From: a virus
Strand: one strand, 5' to 3'
Virus record (IMG/VR): IMGVR_UViG_3300045988_083604
Location: 1 to 64,000 of that record
DNA: 64,000 nt
Under the pieces are notes generated by a model, which ran no database searches, was not told the DNA's origin, and saw nothing but the letters and a program-made list of their open reading frames with translations. The first letter of the stretch is position 1, and the number at the start of each line of letters is the position of its first letter. The position numbers and the translations under genes were made by a program. Of this stretch, positions 38,401-52,900 are shown in pieces.

Positions 38401-40983
38401 AAGTTCTTGTAATTCTTGAGCTATTGTTAAATCATCACCTTGTTTGAGTTCACCAGTAACATCATATATATTAGCGAGCTGTCTACGCTACATATATAAA
38501 ACCTTTAATTGCTACCAAGAATCCGGATCCAGATCATCATAATTGTAAAATGTACCATCGTCCGATAAAACTTTAGATCGTATTGCGTTTATTGCAATTT
38601 GAATATCATCTCTGCGTTGTTTTGTAATATCTGATAATTGTGCAAATTTATTATAATATTCAGCATTAAATCTTCTATGACAATGTGCGCCGAGCCATTC
38701 ATTTCGTTCCATCTACCATTTAATTCGATTCTCTTTATTAGTCGGAGGAATTCTATTTCCAGGATCTAATGGCTCGTCTTTTGTACTATATTTACTATTA
38801 AGCTATTCCATAAATTTATTATAATCGCGCTTAAATTTTCCATAGTTTAAGTTTCTAACAAGATATCCTGTAGGCAACCCATTTTCATCCAATTCGTATA
38901 ACTGTTTTACACTTTCTCCAAATTTTAATGAATGCTACAACATTTGTAATTTTGCAACGCGATTATTTGTAGACATTTCTGCTGAACTTATTGCTTTGCT
39001 AACAATATATGAAAGCGCTCGTACAGCATGATCTGAACTTGCATCAGCACTTCCAAAAACTCTACCAAGCTTTGAAATATCATGTGTAGTAGATGATCCT
39101 AATTCAGAAGAAATATAATCTTCCATATCTGTTATATTTCCAGTTTCATACCCTATGTTTTCTAATCTAGCAATAACGTTTGCAGAACATATATTCTTTA
39201 ATATATTTATAGAAGTATCACATAACGATTTACATGTTTCTGTTTTTTCAATAAAATCGTTTAAAGAGGACATTAATGAAAGATTATCTGATTCATAATC
39301 TTTCATAGCTTCGTTTATACCAGGATGTGCAAAAACTCCAAGGAGTTCATCCAAAATACTTTGATACACACCAAAATAATCATGTATTTCATACATATAT
39401 TCGGCATCTGATAAAACATAAACACCATCTTTATATAATTTTTGTGCAGCATTATGAATTTTTTGTGATTCGTCAATAATATCAGGTAATACAGCATTTA
39501 ACACATAAGCTATGGAGTTTAAACTACTCATTGTATTAGACTTCAAAGAAGATATTTGAGATTCTAATCCGAGTAATATTTTATGTTTCTAATCTTCTGG
39601 CATTTTAACAACTTTTACAGCTTTTAATCTGGTTTCTAGCATTTGTATTATTTGTGGAATAATTGTATCGAAAGATTCCTATACGTCTTTTTTTAATAGC
39701 GCCTGACGTTGTTCTTTTTTCTATTTACTCTACGCCAATTTTTGCTAGTATTCTGAGTTGTTTTGTATAAATCTATTTATAACACTTGCACCTAGTGTGA
39801 AATTATATCTTTTAACAACAGGGTGTAATTTTTGTAATAATTCGTCACCTTCTAATACATTTTCAGCTATAAATTTATAAGTATCTACACTTTTTATTAA
39901 ATCTTTTAATTGTTGTTCTGATTTTATATTACCATTCACAATGGCATTTTTATTATTTATATAATTAAAAAGCTAAAGTTGGTATTTTTCAAGATTTTCC
40001 GTGTTAGACTTTTTATTGACAAGAAAATTTATAACATTTTGTACAAACGATTTTAAAGATTTTAACACAGGCTATTTATTATTATTTTTATCAAGTTGTT
40101 TTGCTTTATCAAATAATAATTGTCTGAAAGACTGATTTGTTAAAAATTCAGCTACAAATTCATATTTATCCTAAAAACCATTATATCCGTTTGTATAATC
40201 ATTCCTACTAAACCTTTCAGATGGAAATTGTTTACTATAAAGATTAAAAAGTTTTTCTGTAATTCTGTTCAGTTTTCTATCGAATATAGGAGAATCTTCA
40301 CGCAAACCTTCTGTTGTAAGAGCATGTACAACCTCATGCATTAATTTTTCAGCAGCGAATCCTGTACTTACACGTTTTAAAACTTTCGGATTTATTGATA
40401 TAATCACTCCGCCCTCATTGTCAACAAAAGTAGACATAAGGTTGTTTGAATTTTCTTCCGACATAACAATTGGAATATTATGTCTTGCTAATATTTCTGC
40501 AAACGGTTTAAATGGAGCAGCTATATACGAATCGTTAATCAGCTACTATAATAACTGTTGAGTATTGTTATTTTCCTTCAAAAAAAGATCGTTATTATCA
40601 TTTGAAAACAAATTAACCAGTGTGTCTTTAGATTCAAACGCGTCATTTTTAGGCTTATTCTATTCTGTAAAATTTACGTGCGGCTCCCCGTTCTCATCAA
40701 GTGGAATCTTAGATTTTCCTTCATACCATTTTCCGTTCCGATCGGTATACTTACTAAGATACATCGCGGCTTTTTTCTACATCGCGAGATTATAATCACC
40801 ATGATATTTTTCTAACAATTTTTGGAATAACAAAGACTCAGCCCCGTTTGGAGCTGAAGTCAATGCATATCCATTATTTCTATGCCAGACAAGATATGCC
40901 TAATCTTCTCCGACAGCTTGCACAAGGTCTTCAAACTCTTGTCTAACTTGTGCATTACTTAAATTTGGACAATATGTATTCAT
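35422..40983 (-). CDS. large virion-associated protein, 1853 codons, with N-terminal zincin HExxH motif; about 32 in-frame TAG
   Basis: Seven ORF-track fragments share one frame. I read every intervening codon and found only TAG. ATG 40983 overlaps the TGA of the upstream gene (ATGA); the stop is TAA at 35422. HEVVH lies at 40324-40338. Confidence 0.7.
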
Positions 40984-43900
40984 TTTTTACAATCATTTTT
41001 GCGCTATTCGGCCTCATCTTTATCCTACTCACTCATTTCACTTTGTTCTATCTGTGGCATACCACTTAAATCAATCCCAGTAGACTACAATAAACTAGAC
41101 AAGTCTAATTCACCACCAATTTCCGAAAGACTGGGATCATTCTTTTTCAAACCATCTTCAACTTGTAATTCTTGTGTTTCATCAGACATCTATTGTTCAT
41201 CAACAGATAATTCAGAAGGGACTTGCTTTTGCTTATCAGTTTCTTCATCTTGTTTCTATGGTTGTTCTTTACTTAAATTATTATTTGAATCCTATAGAAC
41301 CGAAGATTCAATATTATCTTTCTATAATTCTTGTTCGGATGTTACAACCTATGTTTCATCCAAAACGACAGGTCTATATGGTTCATATTCCAACCTAATA
41401 GTTTTTTTACCGAGTCGCTTGAAAAACATTTCATTTTGTTTAGATCGTTCTATATTTAACTCCTATTTAATTTCATCCTCAGTCAACGATATCTTAGTTC
41501 CCGGTCTTTGTTGTTCACCAGTTCCAACAAATGTTTCCAAATTGTTTTCTGCGAAAATCGAAACATTATCATCAGAAAAGAATTCATATTGTTTATTTTT
41601 ACCATCCTACAAACTAAGTTTATTTGTAATCATGTATACATTTTTGAACGGATATCGTGTTTCTTTTCCAGTTTCCTTATCGTAATTTACTTTATATTGT
41701 GTTCCTACTTTTTTAAACAAGAATATTTTTTTATTATTTTTACCATATTCTATTTTTATATATGGTGTATTTGCACCGCGAAAATCACTTTCTGAAGCAA
41801 TCGGAAGAGCTAAAGCTATTGGGATATTTCTAAGATTATCTAATGTATTACCACGATCAATCATTTTCACAATAAATTCACCAACTGGAGAGTATACAGA
41901 CGAACTTTTTTGTCTCCTTGTGTATGTCGGAACAATATTTTCATCTTTCCAAAAATTCTTACATAAAGTATCTAGAATATTTAAAACATTCAAAGCACCA
42001 AATTGATCAGATTCTATATCGGTACCGAGAACACTTTGTGCCATTACTTCATCAGAATTACTACCATTACGTAATGCAACTTTCATGGCATTGTCGTATA
42101 AAATTCTATATGTTGGCGGAACTAATTCAAAAAATTGATTTACACCACCGTTATTATAAGTAGTATAATAAGCATATGTTATTAAATCTCTAGCTATATT
42201 TTGTATAGCTTTCACATATGTTATATCTTGACTTAAAGTTGAACTTGTTTGCAAGCTTAACAACTCTTCAAAAGCAGACTGTAATTGTGATTTATCCTAC
42301 GAATCAATATCCATAGACGATGATGCAAGTACAATTCTGTCAACATAAGATCCAGTTTTATCTAAAATAGGATTTAAGTAATTTAAAAACTCATTTTTAA
42401 TAACTCCGTTATCATCACATAATTGCTACAACCAATCTGGTAACTGTTCGTTATTTTGTAATTTATCAAATACCAATTGTTTTAACGTCGCTTTCATTAT
42501 TGATAATCTTCTTGCTAACGATGGAGTCTTATCATTCCCGTATAACAAATCGATTACTTTTTGCCTGGTCGTGACTTCGTTACCACCAAACGTCAAATCT
42601 GGAAATTCCTAAAATCCGTCTTGGATTTGATTATAAGCAAGAAACGCACGATGCCTGAATATTGATTCCAAAGCTTTTCCAATAGCCTGAACCTAATCAT
42701 CGCTCATTACTTTTTGATAACCGAATTTAAAATCATAAATCGGTTTACCTTTTTCATCAAAACCCTTTGGAACTCTATATACAATATCTCCAAATATCGC
42801 AGCCATTGTACTATTAAATACTTTTCCAAATAATGGTGTAGCTGAAAATGATTGATTTCGTAACAATGATTTTGTCAGCTATGTTGCATTACGTAATTTT
42901 TTATCTAAAAACGTATGTTCAAAATAAGTATACATTGGAAGTTCTTTATGTTCTCTACCGTCATCAATGTAAAAATATTTATTTGCATCGTCATCGTTTT
43001 TAAAGTTGTTATAACTATTTAGGAAATTCATTTGGGATATTATATTATTTCCAAATTTTTTAGTGTCTATTCTCGAATTACTAACAAGATCTGATAATAA
43101 ATTAGCCGCTTCTGATATATCTCCAATAAACTAAAGAGATAATGCTTGGAACATACACCATCTTGCGTATTCGTATGAATTATAATTTTGTGGAGTTTTT
43201 AAATATGATTTCGCAGTTTCAAAATCAAGCAATTTCAATTCTTCGTCAGAATATAATATTTCTTTTGTTTTTGCTTCATCTTTAATTATAAATTCAGCTA
43301 CTCTGTTCGGATCGAATGTAGATTTGTCTTGTTCTATACAAGCTTTCCATTTTGTCAGTTTTTGTTTTTGTTCTTCCGAAATGTTTTCAGAACTCAACAA
43401 ATTTGAAGAAATTGTCAAAAAACTTTTTATGTATTTACGCATCAAATCTCCACGAATTTCGTTTTGCCATCTTAAAGACTTCCTTTCACGTATTTCTCTA
43501 GCATCAAAACCAAGTTTCTGTCCATACATTCCTTTACTATTAATAACCATGTTAGCCATTCTTTTCAACGCAGGTTGCGCTAAAAGTGTAAATGTAGCCA
43601 TTCCTTGCCCAGTTCTTAATAAAAAGTTAGTATATTTATAAGTAGCACTATTTACATTTAAATTTAATATATAAGGATCTTTCGCAACATCCACATGTGC
43701 GTTTACCATTGCAGAAAGCCATGCAGAAATCATATAACCGTCTTTTCCAACAACATCGTTGATATTTCCAAAATCGAAACACTTGTTTAACAATTTGTCA
43801 TTTTTACCAAACTTCATTTTTAAACCTACCGCCTGAGTCATGGCTAGATTAGTAACATTTAGTGCAAAAGGACCGATTCCGGATTTACCAGTACTATATT

Positions 43901-46900
43901 CCATTTTTCTACGAGCTTGAAAAGATGGAAGTAGTTCATACATTGATTCTGCGTATTTTGTTGTTTGATCAGACAAATAAGGTATAATTTCATCTTTTAA
44001 CTTCGATGTTAACACATCAATGGATGCACGAGCATCTGCTGTATTTTTATAATCTGAAATTATATCAATATAATCATCGAGAAGTTTATTACGCAATGCT
44101 CCAATGTCTTCTTTCAAATAGTCAACATATTTCATATCAGATTTAGATGATGTTTTATAGCGTGTACTTGTATTACCGTTTCTTTCATATGAATATGTGG
44201 CCATATACAACTTATCGACGTCAAAGTCAGAACCTGTCTAGGCAGTAAATTCAGTAGGTACAATGATTAAATCTCCAGATGTTTCTGGAAGAACATCTGC
44301 TACAATAAAACCAAATGTTGAAGACATACCCTGTGTAGGAATACGGTAGCCTACACCGTATGGTTTCGGATCACTCTACGTATCATCAGATTTTGTACCG
44401 TTTATAATATCATTGTCTACAAGCCATTGACGAGCTGTTGTATAATCAGTGTTGTATTTTTCAGGAATAACGTCTCTAAAGAAGTTCAGAGACAACATAA
44501 CTTCCATTGTACCTTTACCGTTGTACCAACGTAATGACTTTCCATCATTTAAAACATGTCGATTTGACACATTAGTATTTTTTAATTGCTCTTCTGAAAC
44601 AACATTATTTTTACCATAACCAACAAATCCAAAACAAGACTACTGTACCGCAGCACCACCATTTGTATTGATATCTACAACCTCTTTGTTGACCATTGAA
44701 CTTATAGACTATTCGAATATTTGTCTTGCTGTAAGAGACGCAACCTTTCCGCCAGATCTAATTATTTCTTCAGACGATAATCCAAGATCATTATTCTCAC
44801 AAATAGATAATATATAATTTTGTATACGCTGCTAATTTGGTATTACATATCTACCTTCTTTATTCTTTTTAAAGAAACGCTTTTTGATGTTGTCTGTACC
44901 AATCTATGTCATAGCATTTACAAGATTCATTATATCGTTCCTGATAGCACTGCCTAAACGTCCCTCTCCTTTCTATCCATCTTTTCCATACCTCATGTGT
45001 GGATCAACATTGGAAAAACATATCTTCATCATCTATGTACCTATTCCGCGTTCCGTACTTTCATGTGCATCTGTATTCAACTACAAGTGAAGATTATTCA
45101 TATCTTGAATTTGTACAGCAAGACATTCTTTTTGTGGTAATGCTTGATATATCTCTCCTGTTTGATAATTAATAGAGTTATTTGACGGAAGACTTAATGA
45201 TTCAGTATCCATTAATGAAAGGTCCGAAACTCCTTTTTTATATGGTGTATACATTTCCTGGTTACATCCAACTTTTACAGCTGATTCAAATCCTAGCATG
45301 TCTATTTCATTACCAGGCATATTCATACGATTATACAACGCTTTACCTGTTTCACTTTGACAAACATATTTGAACATAGGGAACATTGCCATCTTATTAT
45401 ATACTGGTAGTGACACGTTATGTGCACCAATTTTTGCAGTTGTTGAATTTGAAAAATAACTCATCTTTAACGGTTTCAACATCAATCTTCTACCAATACT
45501 ATATTTTTCAGGATCACTCATCCAATCATCTTCATTTTCAATGATGTTGTACGCTTTCTCGTCACTATATCCAGTTTCATCTTCTGCAAATGACCATTCA
45601 CCAGTTGCAATTCTTAGTTTTCTATACATCGATGGTCTAAGACAAACTTCAGCATCTGCTACAGTTATTCCCTCATAAGGATTTATTGAATTTTTCACTC
45701 TATTCTAAATATCTTCAACCAAAACTTCGCTTTTTGCTGAATTTTTAAGTGCTGTTAATACCTTATCTATATATTCAGGATGACTATATATTGTATAGTA
45801 TACTTTTTCTACTCTAGTTATATTTTTTGGATCCAATCCTACAACTTTAGCAAAATGGTCTATGATATATTTATCATCAAAAGATCTCTTTAACACAGAT
45901 ACAATTTCATTCTATGTGAATATATCACGCATGTTATCCAAATATATAGATTTTGCCTTTATGTCTGAAGTATTCATGAAAGTATACTTACCGGTTCCAA
46001 AATCCTTCAATACGGCTTTTTCTTTATCAGTCCATTGTGTTTTTAAGTTAGTACCTGGAGACAATACAGCACCAAGACGTTTAATTTTGTCGACATCTTT
46101 TGACTACAACATACTCACAGAAACTTTTTCTTTCGAACCATCTTCTAAAGTAACCTCTCTAGTCAAGTGATTTTTTGTAGTTTCAGACAATTGTTTGTCT
46201 TTATACGAAATCCATTTATACATTGCAGGATCACCGGTAAAAATCTTTTCTACTTCGATTATCGACATTATTGTACGCAATGTATGATTAGCAACAGCCG
46301 AATATATAGCACTGTCTCTCAATGTAGATTCGTCTATTTCACCATATTGTGACTTTATTTGATTCTAGTAGTGTTTTAAGATATCATTTGGGAGACCATT
46401 ATTTATATAATGATCATCAACATGTGAAATTAAATGTATATTTTCATCAGTAGAAAGTGCATCAAGTTCGCTACGTACTTTTTCTAACAACATTGCATTT
46501 ATCGAATTACGTAACTATTCTACAGAATTTTTATATGTTTCAGATTCAACATTATCTTCGAGTATGCCAGTTAGAAATTTCCTTATTCTTTCGAATCCGT
46601 CTGTAATATGATCAACATCTCCAATACTTGCACGCTTTGCATTTTCTAACTACTCTGTTTTATACTCTAATTCTAACTATTGATTTAAATTTAAACCGTG
46701 ATTTTTAGATATATCATAGAAGTATCTAAACTTACCACCATTACCGTCAAAATTCAAATGTTTATATTTGTATTTTTTACCATTTGGTAATGTGTATTCA
46801 TCAGTTACTATTTTACCATGAAAATTAACTAACAATTCATTTGGATTCTTTAAAAGTGCTTTTATATTTTCTTTAGAATAATATTCTTTTAATGAATTTA

Positions 46901-49900
46901 ATTCATCTACAAAATATGATGAAAATATATCAATCGTTTCTGGCGATAATTTTGGATCTTCACTATTTGTGATTATTATGTCAGTATTTAGATTATCAGT
47001 AAGCCATTGTGATGTTATACTATACCATGTTTTTTTATCCGCCATTGTTGGGAAAATCAAATGCTTATTATAAGTCATTATGAATTTAGCCATATAATCC
47101 TCTAACGGAGTTATTCCGAAATAATCTGCACTTTTTCCACTTTCCGCATCTTTAACACATACGAATGTATTCAAATGGAGTTTTTCTTCTTCAGGAGTAG
47201 AATAGACTCTATCGTTTTCAGCGTTTTGTACAATTAAAGATCCTTGTGTATACGAAGTAGCTTTTTTATTTTCTAACTCACCATCGGTATTACACTGTAA
47301 ACGATGTAAGAAATCGGATACAGCATTATTTTGATTTATCGGATATATTTGAGCGCCGTTTGCACCGGTGACTGACATTTCCGCAGAAGATGGGTATGTT
47401 TTAGCATATGCCACTGTAAGTTTACCTACCCAGGGAAGACCCTTAGTAGTTTTTTTACCATTTACACGAGACATAGATGTACTGTATCCTTTATAAAATC
47501 CACTTAAGTCTTTTTTACCATCTTTTCCAATAGTTATAGTTTTTCCACGATTTGCAGTAGCTAATTGTCCATATAACTTCTGTATTGTTGCAGTACCAGA
47601 TCCGTTTAACATAGCTCTTAGAACATGTCTCTCTTTTTCTTCAAATACTGTTTCTGGATAAGCTTTCGGGTTTAAAGATAATTCGGTGTTTATAAGTTGC
47701 TATAAAACTTGACCATCTGCAGGTATTGCCATATAATTTAAGACGTTACATACTGCTATTTTTGCACTTTCAACCGACTTGTACTTATTAGATTTAGCAA
47801 AATTCTAAGTTTGAGTACCTTGTTTTTTAGTTGCCGATACTGCTTCATTTATTAAAGATTTTAATTTTTGCATGTATGAGCTACTTATAAACATATCTCC
47901 AGTTTTAGGATCTGTTTCTACAATACCACTACCAGACAATAAATTTTCAGACCATGTTCTCGCTAATATATATTTAGATTGTAAATGTTCACTATCTTGA
48001 ATAGTCCATTGTTTCTAAACATCTATCAGAATATCTGGACTAGATTTCCTCTGTTCTACTTCTTCTCCAAGTGGTTCATTTGAAATCATATCCATCTAAG
48101 TGTCTTGTTTTTTATTGGTTTTTATCGGCGTATCAATAGACAACACGGTGATTCTATTTTTAGAACTCTGAATTGTATTTAATATCTGTGTTTTTATTTC
48201 AAGTTTCTCTTCCAGAGACATTGATTCATCTTCTTCATCTATTAATGGTTCTATTTTCTCTTCTAAAGCATGGAAAAATTTATCACCGCTTCTAGACAAT
48301 CGTTGAACCATTCTAACCAATGAAGTAGATGTATATTGTCCAGTTTCACTATCGATAGCATCGAAGTTATCACAATTCCATAATTCGGACATTATTTTAT
48401 TCCAACCTTTTGAAAAACTCCAATAATTTTGTGATCCGAATAATGCGTCAACATTTGGAACATACTATAAATTACCATTCTTATCTGTTTTTACATCATA
48501 CATTGGAATTGTGCTGAAAAACAATTTCGCTTTAAATCCTACATTTATTTTTTTACTAACTTCCATATGATCAATATCATAAATATTGTCTGCAACATCT
48601 CCGTTATCTTTACCTGTAGAAATATCAGCGTCTAATTTTAACTTTTTATGTTTTACATCTATCGAAAACGTTTTCAACATTGTAGAAATTGTCTTATAAA
48701 AAGCATCTTTATTATTTACAACATCTTGTAATAATTTTGAATTTTCAGATTCTGGATCGCTTTCAATCTACTACTGAATTCCGTCAAAAATAGCGTCAAA
48801 ATCTTCTTTAGAATAATTCTTAAGTTTTGATACTGATGACAAATCAAGACCTTCCATCACTTTATTGCACAACAATTTAGCACATTGATAATATTGATGA
48901 TAGTTCTATATATTTGTAAATTTGGTAACTTGATCATCTGTTAATCCTGGGATTTCGAAATACACGCCATCTGGATAATTTCTTTTAAATTCGTTTATAG
49001 ATTCTTGGTCTAATTTTGCACCGACATATTTTCTATTTTTTATATTTTTATATGCCTAATATACAATATCGGGTTTTCCAAAGAATGTCTTTACAATCTG
49101 TTTTATATTTTTGAAAAATCTCTTTATTCTAGCACTCCAAGATTTATCCTCAAACCCAAACATATACGATCGAAAATCTTCAGCTAACGATTCCTCGATA
49201 TCCTACAATTTTGCATCTTTCAACTCTTTGTGTTTAGATCTATAATCTTCATATATTTTCATTCGCATTGTTCTGTTATGTAACAATAAGTTTACATAAT
49301 GCCACGCTTCATGATATTCGAGACCTTTTCCACTTTTTTTCGATAATGTGATAAAACCATAAACAGAATCTACAATTGAAGAACATGCGAGATTTGTAAC
49401 ACCATAAACTGTTTCATTATGAAGACCTTTCATTATACCGTTAGTCACCAATACCTAATCATCGGATAATCCCAATGTGGTTTGCAACCATGTTTTCGCA
49501 GATTTAGTATCTATAGAACCTTTCCCACGTTTTTGTGAGTATACACCACTTACAGTTGTTGGTTTTGTTTGAAAATCTATAGTTAAAAATGCAGTACCGT
49601 CATCTTTAACGTGTAAGAATACATTAAAACCTTTAAACTTTTTATAAGTGTTGAATACTTTTATAGATTTTTCGTCTATTTTAATACCATGTTTTTCAAG
49701 TTCTGCAAATTTTTCAAGCATTACTTGTTTTAACTTATCTGCATTTGACTTATTCCATCCAAGTTGTTTCCCAGTTTTTCCAATTGTTGTAGCCGTCACT
49801 AAATATGTAGTAGTTGGATTTTTTTCATCTACTTTTACACTCTTATACGCATCATCTTCCGGTATTGTAAAAGTTACATTCGGAATATCTTTCTTTTTAG

Positions 49901-52900
49901 ATTCTTTTTTATTAGAATCTTCTATCACCTTTTCAATTTTTGTTTTTTGTTTTTTAGGCTGAGTAGTTTTCTTAGGTTTAGAAGGTTGTTTTGGAAGTGC
50001 TGACGTTTTTACTCCGTTAGCAAAAACATATGGTGCTTTAAACATATCATCACCGTGAGTTCCGACATCTGTAGTAAGTTTGTAATTTTTTATCATCCAA
50101 GCTAACACCAATGGGTTTTTTCTACTTCCGTCTTGATTATAAAAATCATCATATGAGAATGTAAAGTTTACATTTCCGAATGGGTTAAATACAGATATTG
50201 GTTTACCATTAGATTTTTTTCGTTGTTTTTTATCATCGAAAAAATATTGATCTAATACACTATACAACGACTGATCATCTAATGTTGACATTAAACGTTC
50301 TATATTTGTATTCCAATGCATATTTTTCTCAATCAATGCTATAACATGTCTTCTGTTTTTTGCACATTGTTCTTTCAATTCTTCACTTGCATTATCACTT
50401 GGAAATAATTCCTACATTTTATATTCATGCAAAAATGCCTTATCTTCGTCGTCACGATCACCTATATAGAAAGAAATGGTACCATCAGCATGTTCAATAT
50501 ACGCAAGCTGTTTGTCAGAATAAAACCCTAATCGTTGTGACAGATATGCATTTTTCTATGATGGTTTTATGTTTCCAAACATGTCCGGTTTAACAATACC
50601 GATAAGTGTTTGTTTACCATGATTTATTAATAAATCTGATAATGCCTCTATTGTTTCATCACTAAGACCTATTGTGTTCAAACCTCGTCTACCTAAAACA
50701 ATACTTTGTTTATTTATACGTTTTGTAATAAGTCTAAAAGCAATTTCTGCTAAAGATGGTGGATTGTTCAAATCTGCAACCCCATCTAATGTGAATGATT
50801 CTGTTACAGTATCATCGGAAGGATCTAATTCCGTACTTAATTTTTGTTCTGTAAGTTGTACGTATACTTGTTTTTTAGCTGTTCCCGGCTAACTTTCATC
50901 CGGTACTTTTATATATAGTTTACCAGCTTTTCCAGTACCGGGTATTTCTTCAGAAGTTCCGTTTATTGGTCTAATCCTATTAGGTCCTGGATTTTCGCCA
51001 AAAGGACCTGTACCAACACCAAATTGAATTTGACCACTTTCAATCTCGTCAGATATATCAGAAATAGTGGTACCAAGATGAAAACCACCTAATTCGCCAA
51101 ATATAGGTCTCTATATAGATGTTCCAAAATCATCTCTTTGATTGTTTAAATTACCATTTGTCAATTGTACAGATTGTGGTTGTACATCTTCGCGAACTTG
51201 ATCTGGAATATTATATGTACCATCTTCATTTCTAGTACAATATGCTTCAATTATCTACTTTCTCTATTCACGCAAACGCTGCAAATACTCTTCTATTTCG
51301 TTATTTGTGAAAACTCTTAGATTTTTAGATATTGCAGATTGTAATCTACAACGTTCTTGTAATTCTTCATATTGTGATATAAACTTTTCAGCCCACTAAC
51401 GTTCGGTTAACGATGTTTTATATTTGAGATTATATGCTGTAGTTATTGATTGTAAAGCGTTATTTAATAAAGCATGATATAATTCTGTATTTACATTTAA
51501 GAATTTAAGTCTATTTATAATATGCAACAACCTTGATTCTTCTCCTTTTATAAAATGTCTAGCGGAAGGTTCACGCATTGCAACATTATATATTATGTTT
51601 GGATTATCAGGGTCTTCCATAATCATAACAACAGTTAAATCATCAGCTTCTGATTTGTCATAACCACTAACAATATAATATTTTTTTGTAATTCTACTAA
51701 ACCATCCAGGTATTGATAACATTTTATTCAATTCTGCACCAGTTGCCATCTGTTTGTCGGTAAATATTGGTTTACCATTGTGTTCATATGGTATTCTAAC
51801 ATCAGAATCCGGTCTATAATTAAATGGGTTTCCTATTTCAGACGTTACAACAGATCTTTCAGCTTCGACTTTACCTTCATCAACCTATTCGTCATACATA
51901 TCATCTAACCCAGAGAAAGATAATAATTCGTCATCTATAAGTTTGCCTGCTATAGTTATCGAACCATCGTCTTTAACGTCCAAATCATTTAAACTGTTAT
52001 CTTCATCGGATTGTGGAACGTGAATTAATTGATCTTTATTAGGAATGGGATATTTATCATAAAATTGTTGAAGTACATAATCTATGTCTGGAGCTATTCT
52101 ATCAATTTCTTTTATACAATCTTCATAAGAAAGTCCACGGACCCATCTTTCTAGAAACTATTTGGCGATACGTGAAGCTGTTTCTTTATTAACAAATACA
52201 GCATTCATTATATCATCAGTGAGCTAAGAGATTGCAGAAATATGTTTTGACTCATCGTGTAATTCATCTTGTTTTTCATCTTTTTCCTGCTATCCCTCAT
52301 CACCAGATTCATCTACTGCAGGTTCATCTATTATCGATTTCTATTTTTGTTCACCTGTGTTTGTATTAGTATCGTTGTTTTCTGGTGCTTGCGGATCTTG
52401 ATTTTGAGTTGGTGGAATTATTGTAACAGATCCATCTTTTCCGATTTCAATGTCTGCTTCACCTCCAATCTACTCCTCATCATTTTGTATATCTATAATC
52501 TGTCCTTCGGCATCTTCTACAACAGGTTGTATATCTTCATTATTATCTTCTACCTAAGGTTGTGTAAGATGATTATCGTCTGAAAGTTGTACGTCCGGAT
52601 TGGAATCATTATTATCATGTAACGATTTTATAATTTTATCTAAATAATCCTTTATATGACGTTGTGCATTTTTACCATTTTGTACACCTATATCCGTTTT
52701 ACCAAACAATAAATTATTTAAAGATTCAGAATCTAATTGTTGACTATTTGGATTTTCGCTGAAAATCAAATGACCATTTTGTCTAAACCACATCACACTT
52801 TGTTCATATGCAAAGTTTTCATTTAGTATTTTTTGAATTTTAGAAATTTGATCGATACCATAACCAACTTCCATTTCTTTAATTCCATCTTTTATAAGCC